From Eledone cirrhosa (taxonomy: Eukaryota), in contig OZ024743.1 of the NCBI GenBank assembly GCA_964016885.1, positions 134,540,001 through 134,604,000 on the forward strand: a stretch of 64,000 nt of DNA. Reading direction: 5' to 3'. The translations under genes were made by a program, and so were the position numbers. Numbering within the stretch: the first letter of the stretch is position 1; every line of letters starts with the position of its first letter. Below the pieces are notes generated by a model. It saw only the letters and a list, made by a program, of their open reading frames with translations, did not search any database and was not told the origin of the DNA. This document shows, one piece after another, positions 45,401 to 58,480 of the stretch.

Positions 45401-48400
45401 CTTTGGTGTTTGGTGCTTGGTGTTTGGTGTTTGGTACTTGGTGCTTGGTGTTTGGTGTTTGGTGCTTGGTGCTTGGTGTTTGGTGTTTGGTGCTTGGCGC
45501 TTGGTGTTTGGTGTTTGGTGCTTGGCGTTTGCTGTTTGGCGTTTGGGGTTTGGCATTTGCTGTTTGGCGTTTGGAGTTTGGCGTTTGCTTTTTGGCGTTT
45601 GCTGTTTGGTGTTTGGTCTTTGGTGTTTGCTGTTTGGTGTTTGCTGTTTGGTGTTTGCTGTTTGGTGTTTGCTGTTTGGTGCTTGGTGCTTGGTGTTTGG
45701 TGCATGGTGCTTGGTGCTTGGTGCTTGGTGTTTGGTGCTTGGTGCTTGGTGTTTGGTGCTTGGGGCTTGGTGCTTGGTGTTTGGTGCTTGGTGTTTGGTG
45801 TTTGTTGCTTGGTGCTTGGTGTTTGGTGTTTGGTGCTTGGTGTTTGCTGTTTGGTGCTTGGTGCTTGGTGTTTGGTGCTTGGTGCTTGGTGCTTGGTGCT
45901 TGGTGCCTGGTGCTTGGTGTTTGGTGCTTGGTGGTTGGTGCTTGGTGTTTGGTGCTTGGAGCTTGGTGCTTGGTTTTTGGTGCTTGGTGCTTGGTGCTTG
46001 GTGCTTGGTGTCTGGTGCTTGGTGCTTGGTGTTTGGTGTTTGGTGTTTGGTGTTTGGTGCTTGGTACTTGTTGTTTTGTGTTTGGTGCTTGGTGCTTGGT
46101 GGTTGGTGTTTGGTGCTTGGTGCTTGATGCTTGGTGCTTGGTGCTTGGTGTTTGGTGTTTAGTGCTTGGTGCTTGGTATTTGGTGTGTGGTGCTTGGTGC
46201 TTGGTGTTTGGTGTTTGGTGCTTGGTGCTTGGTGTTTGGTGTTTGGTGCTTGGTGTTTGCTGGTTGGTGTTTGGTGTTTGGTGTTTGCTGTTTGGTGTTT
46301 GCTGTTTGGTGCTTGGTGCTTGGTGTTTGGTGCATGGTGCTTGGTGCTTGGTGTTTGGTGCTTAGTGCTTGGTGTTTGGTGCTTGGGGCTTGGTGCTTGG
46401 TGTTTGGTGCTTGGTGTTTGGTGTTTCCTGGTTGGTGTTTGGTGTTTGCTGTTTGGTGTTTGGTGTTTGCTGTTTGGTATTTGCTATTTGGTGTTTTGTG
46501 TTTGCTGTTTGGTGTTTGGTGTTTAGTGTTTGCTATTTGGTGTTTGGTGTTTGGTGTTTGGTGCTTGGGGCTTGGTGTTTGCTCTTTGGTGCTTGGTGAT
46601 TGGTTTTTGGTGTTTGGTGCTTGGTGCTTGGTGTTTGGTGCTTGGTGCTTGGTGTTTGGTGCTTGGTGCTTGGTGTTTGGTGTTTGGTGCTTGGTGTTTG
46701 CTGTTTGGTGATTGGTGCTTGGTGTTTGGTGCTTGGTGCTTGGTGTTTGGTGCTTGGTGCTTGGTGCTTGGTGTTTGGTGCTTGGTGCTTGGTGTTTGGT
46801 GTTTGGCGCTTGGTGCTTGGTGTTTGGTGCTTGGTGCTTGGTGTTTGGTGTTTGGTGCTTGGTGCTTGCTGTCTGGTATTTGGTGCTTGGTGCTTGGTGT
46901 TTGTTGATTGGTGCCTGGTACTTGGTGTTTGGTGCTCGGTGCTTGGTGCTTGGTGTTTCGTGCTTGGTGCTTGGTGTTTGGTCTTTGGCGCTTGGTGCTT
47001 GGTGTTTGGTGCTTGGTACTTGGTGTTCAGTGTTTGGTGTTTGGTGCTTGGTGCTTGGTGCTTGGTTTTGGGTGTTTGGTGCTTGGTGCTTGGTGTTTGG
47101 TGTTTGGTGATTGGTGCTTGGTGTTTGGTGCTTGGGATTTGGTGCTTGGTGCTTGGTGTTTGGTGTTTGGAGTTTGGTACTTGGTGCTTGGTGTTTGGTG
47201 TTTGGTGCTTGGTGCTTGGTGTTTGGTGTTTAGTGCTTGGTGCTTGGTTGTTGGTGTTTGGTGCTTGGTGCCTGGTGACTGGTGTTTGGTGCTTGGTGCT
47301 TGGTATTTGGGGCTTGGTCTTTGGTGCTTGGTGTTTGGTGCTTGGTGCTTGGTGCTTGGTGCTTGGTGTTTGGTGCTTGGTGCTTGGTGCTAGGTGTTTG
47401 GTGTTTAGTGCTTGGTGCTTGGTGATTGGTGCTTGTTGCTTGGTGCTTGGTGTTTGGTGCTTGGTGCTTGGTGTTTGGTGTTTGGTGTTTGGTGTTTGCT
47501 GTTTGGTGTTTGCTGTTTGGTGTTTACTGTTTGGTGTTTGCTGTTTCGTGTTTGCTGTTTGGTGTTTGCTGTTTCGTGTTTGCTGTTTGGTGTTTGGTGT
47601 TTGGTGTTTGGTGATTGGTGTTTGCTGTTTGGTGTTTGGTGTTTGGCGTTTGGTGCTTGGCGCTTGTTGCTTGGTGTTTTGTGCTTGGTGCTTGGTGCTT
47701 GGTGTTTGGTGTTTGGTGTTTATGTTTGCTGTTTGGCGTTTGCTGTTTGGTGTTTGCTGTTTGGTGTTTCCTGGTTGGTGTTTGGTGTTTGCTATTTGGT
47801 GTTTCGTGTTTGCTGTTTGGTGTTTGGTGTTTAGTGTTTGCTGTTTGGTGTTTGGTGTTTGGTGTTTGGTGCTTGGGGCTTGGTGTTTGCTCTTTGGTGC
47901 TTGGTGATTGGTTTTTGGTGTTTGGTGCTTGGTGCTAGGTGTATGGTGTTTGGTGCTTGGTGCTTGGTGTTTGGTGCTTGGGGCTTGGTGATTGGTGTTT
48001 GGTGCTTGGTGCTTGGTGCTTGGTGCTTGGTGCTTGGTGTTTGGTGCTTGGTGTTTGGTGATTGGTGATTGGTGCTAGGTGTTTGGTGTTTGGTGTTTGG
48101 CGCTTGGTGTTTGGTGTTTGGTGATTGGTGCTGGGTGTTTGGTGTTTGGTGCTTGGTGCTTGGTGCTTGGTGTTTGGCGCTTGGTGCTTGGTGTTTGGTG
48201 TTTGGTGCTTGGCGTTTGCTGTTTGGCGTTTGGGGTTTGGCATTTGCTGTTTGGCGTATGGGGTTTGGCGTTTGCTTTTTTGCGTTTGCTCTTTGGTGTT
48301 TGGTGCTTGGTGTTTGGTGTTTGGTACTTGGTGCTTGGTGTTTGGTGTTTGGTGCTTGGTGCTTGGTGTTTGGTGTTTGGTGCTTGGCGCTTGGTGTTTG

Positions 48401-51400
48401 GTGTTTGGTGCTTGGCGTTTGCTGTTTGGCGTTTGGGGTTTGGCATTTGCTGTTTGGCGTTTGGAGTTTGGCGTTTGCTTTTTGGCGTTTGCTGTTTGGT
48501 GTTTGGTCTTTGGTGTTTGCTGTTTGGTGTTTGCTGTTTGGTGTTTGCTGTTTGGTGTTTGCTGTTTGGTGCTTGGTGCTTGGTGTTTGGTGCATGGTGC
48601 TTGGTGCTTGGTGCTTGGTGTTTGGTGCTTGGTGCTTGGTGTTTGGTGCTTGGGGCTTGGTGCTTGGTGTTTGGTGCTTGGTGTTTGGTGTTTGTTGCTT
48701 GGTGCTTGGTGTTTGGTGTTTGGTGCTTGGTGTTTGCTGTTTGGTGCTTGGTGCTTGGTGTTTGGTGCTTGGTGCTTGGTGCTTGGTGCTTGGTGCCTGG
48801 TGCTTGGTGTTTGGTGCTTGGTGGTTGGTGCTTGGTGTTTGGTGCTTGGAGCTTGGTGCTTGGTTTTTGGTGCTTGGTGCTTGGTGCTTGGTGCTTGGTG
48901 TCTGGTGCTTGGTGCTTGGTGTTTGGTGTTTGGTGTTTGGTGTTTGGTGCTTGGTACTTGTTGTTTTGTGTTTGGTGCTTGGTGCTTGGTGGTTGGTGTT
49001 TGGTGCTTGGTGCTTGATGCTTGGTGCTTGGTGCTTGGTGTTTGGTGTTTAGTGCTTGGTGCTTGGTATTTGGTGTGTGGTGCTTGGTGCTTGGTGTTTG
49101 GTGTTTGGTGCTTGGTGCTTGGTGTTTGGTGTTTGGTGCTTGGTGTTTGCTGGTTGGTGTTTGGTGTTTGGTGTTTGCTGTTTGGTGTTTGCTGTTTGGT
49201 GCTTGGTGCTTGGTGTTTGGTGCATGGTGCTTGGTGCTTGGTGTTTGGTGCTTGGTGCTTGGTGTTTGGTGCTTGGGGCTTGGTGCTTGGTGTTTGGTGC
49301 TTGGTGTTTGGTGTTTCCTGGTTGGTGTTTGGTGTTTGCTGTTTGGTGTTTGGTGTTTGCTGTTTGGTATTTGCTATTTGGTGTTTTGTGTTTGCTGTTT
49401 GGTGTTTGGTGTTTAGTGTTTGCTATTTGGTGTTTGGTGTTTGGTGTTTGGTGCTTGGGGCTTGGTGTTTGCTCTTTGGTGCTTGGTGATTGGTTTTTGG
49501 TGTTTGGTGCTTGGTGCTTGGTGTTTGGTGCTTGGTGCTTGGTGTTTGGTGCTTGGTGCTTGGTGTTTGGTGTTTGGTGCTTGGTGTTTGCTGTTTGGTG
49601 ATTGGTGCTTGGTGTTTGGTGCTTGGTGCTTGGTGTTTGGTGCTTGGTGCTTGGTGCTTGGTGTTTGGTGCTTGGTGCTTGGTGTTTGGTGTTTGGCGCT
49701 TGGTGCTTGGTGTTTGGTGCTTGGTGCTTGGTGTTTGGTGTTTGGTGCTTGGTGCTTGCTGTCTGGTATTTGGTGCTTGGTGCTTGGTGTTTGTTGATTG
49801 GTGCCTGGTACTTGGTGTTTGGTGCTCGGTGCTTGGTGCTTGGTGTTTCGTGCTTGGTGCTTGGTGTTTGGTCTTTGGCGCTTGGTGCTTGGTGTTTGGT
49901 GCTTGGTACTTGGTGTTCAGTGTTTGGTGTTTGGTGCTTGGTGCTTGGTGCTTGGTTTTGGGTGTTTGGTGCTTGGTGCTTGGTGTTTGGTGTTTGGTGA
50001 TTGGTGCTTGGTGTTTGGTGCTTGGGATTTGGTGCTTGGTGCTTGGTGTTTGGTGTTTGGAGTTTGGTACTTGGTGCTTGGTGTTTGGTGTTTGGAGCTT
50101 GGTGCTTGGTGTTTGGTGTTTAGTGCTTGGTGCTTGGTTGTTGGTGTTTGGTGCTTGGTGCCTGGTGACTGGTGTTTGGTGCTTGGTGCTTGGTATTTGG
50201 GGCTTGGTCTTTGGTGCTTGGTGTTTGGTGCTTGGTGCTTGGTGCTTGGTGCTTGGTGTTTGGTGCTTGGTGCTTGGTGCTAGGTGTTTGGTGTTTAGTG
50301 CTTGGTGCTTGGTGATTGGTGCTTGTTGCTTGGTGCTTGGTGTTTGGTGCTTGGTGCTTGGTGTTTGGTGTTTGGTGTTTGGTGTTTGCTGTTTGGTGTT
50401 TGCTGTTTGGTGTTTACTGTTTGGTGTTTGCTGTTTCGTGTTTGCTGTTTGGTGTTTGCTGTTTCGTGTTTGCTGTTTGGTGTTTGGTGTTTGCTGTTTG
50501 GTGTTTGGAGTCTGGTGTTTGGTGATTGGTGTTTGCTGTTTGGTGTTTGGTGTTTGGCGTTTGGTGCTTGGCGCTTGTTGCTTGGTGTTTTGTGCTTGGT
50601 GCTTGGTGCTTGGTGTTTGGTGTTTGGTGTTTATGTTTGCTGTTTGGCGTTTGCTGTTTGGTGTTTGCTGTTTGGTGTTTCCTGGTTGGTGTTTGGTGTT
50701 TGCTATTTGGTGTTTCGTGTTTGCTGTTTGGTGTTTGGTGTTTAGTGTTTGCTGTTTGGTGTTTGGTGTTTGGTGTTTGGTGCTTGGGGCTTGGTGTTTG
50801 CTCTTTGGTGCTTGGTGATTGGTTTTTGGTGTTTGGTGCTTGGTGCTTGGTGTATGGTGTTTGGTGCTTGGTGCTTGGTGCTTGGTGCTTGGTGTTTGGT
50901 GATTGGTGCTTGGTGCTTGGTGTTTGGTGTTTGGTGCTTGGTGCTTGGTTCTGGGTGCATGGTGCTTGGTGTTTGGTGTTTGGTGCTTGGTGCTTCGTGT
51001 TTGGTGCTTCGGGCTTGGTGATTGGTGTTTGGTGCTTGGTGCTTGGTGCTTGGTGCTTGGTGCTTGGTGTTTGGTGCTTGGGATTCGGTGCTTGGTGCTT
51101 GGTGCTAGGTGTTTGGTGTTTGGTGCTTGGTGTTTGGTGTTTGGTGCTTGGTGCTTGCTGTCTGGTATTTGGTGCTTGGTGCTTGGTGTTTGTTGATTGG
51201 TGCCTGGTACTTGGTGTTTGGTGCTCGGTGCTTGGTGCTTGGTGTTTCGTGCTTGGTGCTTGGTGTTTGGTCTTTGGCGCTTGGTGCTTGGTGTTTGGTG
51301 CTTGGTACTTGGTGTTCAGTGTTTGGTGTTTGGTGCTTGGTGCTTGGTGCTTGGTTTTGGGTGTTTGGTGCTTGGTGCTTGGTGTTTGGTGTTTGGTGAT

Positions 51401-52200
51401 TGGTGCCTGGTGTTTGGTGCTTGGGATTTGGTGCTTGGTGCTTGGTGTTTGGTGTTTGGAGTTTGGTACTTGGTGCTTGGTGTTTGGTGTTTGGTGCTTG
51501 GTGCTTGGTGTTTGGTGTTTAGTGCTTGGTGCTTGGTTGTTGGTGTTTGGTGCTTGGTGCCTGGTGACTGGTGTTTGGTGCTTGGTGCTTGGTATTTGGG
51601 GCTTGGTCTTTGGTGCTTGGTGTTTGGTGCTTGGTGCTTGGTGCTTGGTGCTTGGTGTTTGGTGCTTGGTGCTTGGTGCTAGGTGTTTGGTGTTTAGTGC
51701 TTGGTGCTTGGTGATTGGTGCTTGTTGCTTGGTGCTTGGTGTTTGGTGCTTGGTGCTTGGTGTTTGGTGTTTGGTGTTTGGTGTTTGCTGTTTGGTGTTT
51801 GCTGTTTGGTGTTTACTGTTTGGTGTTTGCTGTTTCGTGTTTGCTGTTTGGTGTTTGGTGTTTGGTGTTTGGTGATTGGTGTTTGCTGTTTGGTGTTTGG
51901 TGTTTGGCGTTTGGTGCTTGGCGCTTGTTGCTTGGTGTTTTGTGCTTGGTGCTTGGTGCTTGGTGTTTGGTGTTTGGTGTTTATGTTTGCTGTTTGGCGT
52001 TTGCTGTTTGGTGTTTGCTGTTTGGTGTTTCCTGGTTGGTGTTTGGTGTTTGCTATTTGGTGTTTCGTGTTTGCTGTTTGGTGTTTGGTGTTTAGTGTTT
52101 GCTGTTTGGTGTTTGGTGTTTGGTGTTTGGTGCTTGGGGCTTGGTGTTTGCTCTTTGGTGCTTGGTGATTGGTTTTTGGTGTTTGGTGCTTGGTGCTTGG
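42460..52200 (+). repeat. Dispersed duplication, offset 7137-7151 bp (about 42.5-45.0 kb vs about 49.6-52.2 kb), each copy holding two X modules 1385-1399 bp apart; boundaries approximate
   Basis: ORF pairs 42661/49798, 43165/50302 and 43612/50749 (+7137), and 44550/51701 (+7151). TTATGT marker at 43494/50631 and 44830/51981. Confidence 0.85.
44665..50493 (+). repeat. Near-perfect 2890-bp tandem duplication (Y+X dimer, 2 copies)
   Basis: ORF pairs 44941/47831, 45179/48069, 46131/49021, 46908/49798 and 47412/50302 are all +2890. The match starts after 44664 and ends at 50493. I noticed only two differences (46364 A vs 49254 G; 47206 T vs 50096 A). Confidence 0.96.
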
Positions 52201-55200
52201 TGTATGGTGTTTGGTGCTTGGTGCTCGGTGTTTGGTGCTTGGTGTTTGGTGATTGGTGCTTGGTGCTTGGTGTTTGGTGTTTGGTGCTTGGTGCTTGGTT
52301 CTGGGTGCATGGTGCTTGGTGTTTGGTGTTTGGTGCTTGGTGCTTCGTGTTTGGTGCTTCGGGCTTGGTGATTGGTGTTTGGTGCTTGGTGCTTGGTGCT
52401 TGGTGCTTGGTGCTTGGTGTTTGGTGCTTGGGATTCGGTGCTTGGTGCTTGGTGCTAGGTGTTTGGTGTTTGGTGTTTGGCGCTTGGTGCTTGGTGTTTG
52501 GTGATTGGTGCTTGGTGTTTGGTGTTTGGTGCTTGGTGTTTGGTGTTTGGTGCTTGGTGCTTGGTGTTTGGTGTTTGGTGCTTGGTGTTTGGTCCTTGGT
52601 GCTTGGTGCTTGGTTTTTGGTGCTTGGTGCTTGGTGCTTGGTGCTTGGTGTCTGGTGCTTGGCGCTTGGTGTTTGGTGTTTGGTGCTTTGTGCTTGGTGT
52701 TTGGTGTTTGGTGTTTGGTGTTTGGTGCTTGGTACTTGTTGTTTTATGTTTGGTGCTTGGTGCTTGGTGCTTGGTGTTTGGTGCTTGGTGCTTGATGCTT
52801 GGTGCTTGGTGCTTGGTGTTTGGTGTTTAGTGCTTGGTGCTTGGTAGTTGGTGTGTGGTGCTTGGTGCTTGGTGTTTGGTGTTTGGTGCTTGGTGCTTGC
52901 TGTTTGGTGTTTGGTGCTTGGTGCTTGGTGTTTGGTGCTTGGTGCTTGGTGCTTGGTTTTTGGTGTTTGGTGCTTGGTGCTTGGTGTTTGGTGTTTGGTG
53001 ATTGGTGCTTGGTGTTTGGTGCTTGGGATTTGGTGCTTGGTGCTTGGTGTTTGGTGCTTAGTCCCTGGTGATTAGTGTTTGGTGCTTGGTGCTTGGTATT
53101 TGGGGATTGGTCTTTGGTGCTTGGTGTTTGGTGCTTGGTGCTTGGTGCTTGGTGTTTGGTGCTTGGTGCTTGGTGCTAGGTGTTTGGTGTTTAGTGCTTG
53201 GTGCTTGGTGATTGGTGCTTGGTGCTTGGTGTTTGGTGTTTAGTGCTTGGTGCTTGGTATTTGGTGTGTGGTGCTTGGTGCTTGGTGTTTGGTGTTTGGT
53301 GCTTGGTGCTTGGTGTTTGGTGTTTGGTGCTTGGTGTTCGCTGGTTGGTGTTTGGTGTTTGCTGTTTGGTGTTTGCTGTTTGGTGTTTGGTGCTTGGGGC
53401 TTGGTGTTTGCTCTTTGGTGCTTGGTGATTGGTTTTTGGTGTTTGGTGCTTGGTGCTTGGTGTATGGTGTTTGGTGCTTGGTGCTTGGTGTTTGGTGCTT
53501 GGGGCTTGGTGATTGGTGTTTGGTGCTTGGTGCTTGGTGCTTGGTGCTTGGTGCTTGGTGTTTGGTGCTTGGTGTTTGGTGATTGGTGATTGGTGCTAGG
53601 TGTTTGGTGTTTGGTGTTTGGCGCTTGGTGTTTGGTGTTTGGTGATTGGTGCTTGGTGTTTGGTGTTTGGTGCTTGGTGCTTGGTGCTTGGTGTTTGGCG
53701 CTTGGTGCTTGGTGTTTGGTGTTTGGTGCTTGGCGTTTGCTGTTTGGCGTTTGGGGTTTGGCATTTGCTGTTTGGCGTATGGGGTTTGGCGTTTGCTTTT
53801 TTGCGTTTGCTCTTTGGTGTTTGGTGCTTGGTGTTTGGTGTTTGGTACTTGGTGCTTGGTGTTTGGTGTTTGGTGCTTGGTGCTTGGTGTTTGGTGTTTG
53901 GTGCTTGGCGCTTGGTGTTTGGTGTTTGGTGCTTGGCGTTTGCTGTTTGGCGTTTGGGGTTTGGCATTTGCTGTTTGGCGTTTGGAGTTTGGCGTTTGCT
54001 TTTTGGCGTTTGCTGTTTGGTGTTTGGTGTTTGGTGTTTGCTGTTTGGTGTTTGCTGTTTGGTGTTTGCTGTTTGGTGTTTGCTGTTTGGTGCTTGGTGC
54101 TTGGTGTTTGGTGCATGGTGCTTGGTGCTTGGTGCTTGGTGTTTGGTGCTTGGTGCTTGGTGTTTGGTGCTTGGGGCTTGGTGCTTGGTGTTTGGTGCTT
54201 GGTGTTTGGTGTTTGTTGCTTGGTGCTTGGTGTTTGGTGTTTGGTGCTTGGTGTTTGCTGTTTGGTGCTTGGTGCTTGGTGTTTGGTGTTTGGTGCTTGC
54301 TGCTTGGTGCCTGGTGCTTGGTGTTTGGTGCTTGGTGGTTGGTGCTTGGTGTTTGGTGCTTGGAGCTTGGTGCTTGGTTTTTGGTGCTTGGTGCTTGGTG
54401 CTTGGTGCTTGGTGTCTGGTGCTTGGTGCTTGGTGTTTGGTGTTTGGTGTTTGGTGTTTGGTGCTTGGTACTTGTTGTTTTGTGTTTGGTGCTTGGTGCT
54501 TGGTGGTTGGTGTTTGGTGCTTGGTGCTTGATGCTTGGTGCTTGGTGCTTGGTGTTTGGTGTTTAGTGCTTGGTGCTTGGTATTTGGTGTGTGGTGCTTG
54601 GTGCTTGGTGTTTGGTGTTTGGTGCTTGGTGCTTGGTGTTTGGTGTTTGGTGCTTGGTGTTTGCTGGTTGGTGTTTGGTGTTTGGTGTTTGCTGTTTGGT
54701 GTTTGCTGTTTGGTGCTTGGTGCTTGGTGTTTGGTGCATGGTGCTTGGTGCTTGGTGTTTGGTGCTTGGTGCTTGGTGTTTGGTGCTTGGGGCTTGGTGC
54801 TTGGTGTTTGGTGCTTGGTGTTTGGTGTTTCCTGGTTGGTGTTTGGTGTTTGCTGTTTGGTGTTTGGTGTTTGCTGTTTGGTATTTGCTATTTGGTGTTT
54901 TGTGTTTGCTGTTTGGTGTTTGGTGTTTAGTGTTTGCTATTTGGTGTTTGGTGTTTGGTGTTTGGTGCTTGGGGCTTGGTGTTTGCTCTTTGGTGCTTGG
55001 TGATTGGTTTTTGGTGTTTGGTGCTTGGTGCTTGGTGTTTGGTGCTTGGTGCTTGGTGTTTGGTGCTTGGTGCTTGGTGTTTGGTGTTTGGTGCTTGGTG
55101 TTTGCTGTTTGGTGATTGGTGCTTGGTGTTTGGTGTTTGGTGCTTGGTGTTTGCTGTTTGGTGATTGGTGCTTGGTGGTTGGTGCTTGGTGTTTGGTGCT

Positions 55201-58200
55201 TGGAGCTTGGTGCTTGGTTTTTGGTGCTTGGTGCTTGGTGCTTGGTGCTTGGTGTCTGGTGCTTGGTGCTTGGTGTTTGGTGTTTGGTGTTTGGTGTTTG
55301 GTGCTTGGTACTTGTTGTTTTGTGTTTGGTGCTTGGTGCTTGGTGGTTGGTGTTTGGTGCTTGGTGCTTGATGCTTGGTGCTTGGTGCTTGGTGTTTGGT
55401 GTTTAGTGCTTGGTGCTTGGTATTTGGTGTGTGGTGCTTGGTGCTTGGTGTTTGGTGTTTGGTGCTTGGTGCTTGGTGTTTGGTGTTTGGTGCTTGGTGT
55501 TTGCTGGTTGGTGTTTGGTGTTTGGTGTTTGCTGTTTGGTGTTTGCTGTTTGGTGCTTGGTGCTTGGTGTTTGGTGCATGGTGCTTGGTGCTTGGTGTTT
55601 GGTGCTTGGTGCTTGGTGTTTGGTGCTTGGGGCTTGGTGCTTGGTGTTTGGTGCTTGGTGTTTGGTGTTTCCTGGTTGGTGTTTGGTGTTTGCTGTTTGG
55701 TGTTTGGTGTTTGCTGTTTGGTATTTGCTATTTGGTGTTTTGTGTTTGCTGTTTGGTGTTTGGTGTTTAGTGTTTGCTATTTGGTGTTTGGTGTTTGGTG
55801 TTTGGTGCTTGGGGCTTGGTGTTTGCTCTTTGGTGCTTGGTGATTGGTTTTTGGTGTTTGGTGCTTGGTGCTTGGTGTTTGGTGCTTGGTGCTTGGTGTT
55901 TGGTGCTTGGTGCTTGGTGTTTGGTGTTTGGTGCTTGGTGTTTGCTGTTTGGTGATTGGTGCTTGGTGTTTGGTGCTTGGTGCTTGGTGTTTGGTGCTTG
56001 GTGCTTGGTGCTTGGTGTTTGGTGCTTGGTGCTTGGTGTTTGGTGTTTGGCGCTTGGTGCTTGGTGTTTGGTGCTTGGTGCTTGGTGTTTGGTGTTTGGT
56101 GCTTGGTGCTTGCTGTCTGGTATTTGGTGCTTGGTGCTTGGTGTTTGTTGATTGGTGCCTGGTACTTGGTGTTTGGTGCTCGGTGCTTGGTGCTTGGTGT
56201 TTCGTGCTTGGTGCTTGGTGTTTGGTCTTTGGCGCTTGGTGCTTGGTGTTTGGTGCTTGGTACTTGGTGTTCAGTGTTTGGTGTTTGGTGCTTGGTGCTT
56301 GGTGCTTGGTTTTGGGTGTTTGGTGCTTGGTGCTTGGTGTTTGGTGTTTGGTGATTGGTGCTTGGTGTTTGGTGCTTGGGATTTGGTGCTTGGTGCTTGG
56401 TGTTTGGTGTTTGGAGTTTGGTACTTGGTGCTTGGTGTTTGGTGTTTGGTGCTTGGTGCTTGGTGTTTGGTGTTTAGTGCTTGGTGCTTGGTTGTTGGTG
56501 TTTGGTGCTTGGTGCCTGGTGACTGGTGTTTGGTGCTTGGTGCTTGGTATTTGGGGCTTGGTCTTTGGTGCTTGGTGTTTGGTGCTTGGTGCTTGGTGCT
56601 TGGTGCTTGGTGTTTGGTGCTTGGTGCTTGGTGCTAGGTGTTTGGTGTTTAGTGCTTGGTGCTAGGTGATTGGTGCTTGTTGCTTGGTGCTTGGTGTTTG
56701 GTGCTTGGTGCTTGGTGTTTGGTGTTTGGTGTTTGGTGTTTGCTGTTTGGTGTTTGCTGTTTGGTGTTTACTGTTTGGTGTTTGCTGTTTCGTGTTTGCT
56801 GTTTCGTGTTTGCTGTTTCGTGTTTGCTGTTTGGTGTTTGGTGTTTGCTGTTTGGTGTTTGGAGTCTGGTGTTTGGTGATTGGTGTTTGCTGTTTGGTGT
56901 TTGGTGTTTGGCGTTTGGTGCTTGGCGCTTGTTGCTTGGTGTTTTGTGCTTGGTGCTTGGTGCTTGGTGTTTGGTGTTTGGTGTTTATGTTTGCTGTTTG
57001 GCGTTTGCTGTTTGGTGTTTGCTGTTTGGTGTTTCCTGGTTGGTGTTTGGTGTTTGCTATTTGGTGTTTCGTGTTTGCTGTTTGGTGTTTGGTGTTTAGT
57101 GTTTGCTGTTTGGTGTTTGGTGTTTGGTGTTTGGTGCTTGGGGCTTGGTGTTTGCTCTTTGGTGCTTGGTGATTGGTTTTTGGTGTTTGGTGCTTGGTGC
57201 TTGGTGTATGGTGTTTGGTGCTTGGTGCTTGGTGTTTGGTGCTTGGTGTTTGGTGATTGGTGCTTGGTGCTTGGTGTTTGGTGTTTGGTGCTTGGTGCTT
57301 GGTTCTGGGTGCATGGTGCTTGGTGTTTGGTGTTTGGTGCTTGGTGCTTCGTGTTTGGTGCTTCGGGCTAGTGATTGGTGTTTGGTGCTTGGTGCTTGGT
57401 GCTTGGTGCTTGGTGCTTGGTGTTTGGTACTTGGGATTCGGTGCTTGGTGCTTGGTGCTAGGTGTTTGGTGTTTGGTGTTTGGCGCTTGGTGCTTGGTGT
57501 TTGGTGATTGGTGCTTGGTGTTTGGTGTTTGGTGCTTGGTGTTTGGTGTTTGGTGCTTGGTGCTTGGTGTTTGGTGTTTGGTGCTTGGTGTTTGGTCCTT
57601 GGTGCTTGGTGCTTGGTTTTTGGTGCTTGGTGCTTGGTGCTTGGTGCTTGGTGTCTGGTGCTTGGTGCTTGGTGTTTGGTGTTTGGTGCTTTGTGCTTGG
57701 TGTTTGGTGTTTGGTGTTTGGTGTTTGGTGCTTGGTACTTGTTGTTTTATGTTTGGTGCTTGGTGCTTGGTGCTTGGTGTTTGGTGCTTGGTGCTTGATG
57801 CTTGGTGCTTGGTGCTTGGTGTTTGGTGTTTAGTGCTTGGTGCTTGGTAGTTGGTGTGTGGTGCTTGGTGCTTGGTGTTTGGTGTTTGGTGCTTGGTGCT
57901 TGCTGTTTGGTGTTTGGTGCTTGGTGCTTGGTGTTTGGTGCTTGGTGCTTGGTGCTTGGTTTTTGGTGTTTGGTGCTTGGTGCTTGGCGTTTGGTGTTTG
58001 GTGATTGGTGCTTGGTGTTTGGTGCTTGGGATTTGGTGCTTGGTGCTTGGTGTTTGGTGTTTGGAGTTTGGTACTTGGTGCTTGGTGTTTGGTGTTTGGT
58101 GCTTGGTGCTTGGTGTTTGGTGTTTAGTGCTTGGTGCTTGGTTCTTGGTGTTTGGTGCTTAGTCCCTGGTGATTAGTGTTTGGTGCTTGGTGCTTGGTAT

Positions 58201-58480
58201 TTGGGGATTGGTCTTTGGTGCTTGGTGTTTGGTGCTTGGTGCTTGGTGCTTGGTGTTTGGTGCTTGGTGCTTGGTGCTAGGTGTTTGGTGTTTAGTGCTT
58301 GGTGCTTGGTGATTGGTGCTTGGTGCTTGGTGTTTGGTGTTTAGTGCTTGGTGCTTGGTATTTGGTGTGTGGTGCTTGGTGCTTGGTGTTTGGTGTTTGG
58401 TGCTTGGTGCTTGGTGTTTGGTGTTTGGTGCTTGGTGTTCGCTGGTTGGTGTTTGGTGTTTGCTGTTTGGTGTTTGCTGT
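51870..58480 (+). repeat. Dispersed duplication, offset 5003-5101 bp (about 51.9-53.4 kb vs about 56.9-58.5 kb); boundaries approximate
   Basis: ORF pairs 51876/56880 (+5004), 52459/57462 and 52799/57802 (+5003), and 53198/58299 (+5101). Shared rare units TTGGTAG, TTAGTCC, TTGGGGA and TCGCTGG. The 1-bp offset change maps to the 6-bp unit TAGTGA at 57369. Confidence 0.85.
54325..55975 (+). repeat. 840-bp (120-unit) tandem duplication
   Basis: 54325-55135 matches 55165-55975. ORF pairs 54535/55375, 54570/55410 and 54934/55774 are all +840. Confidence 0.95.
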
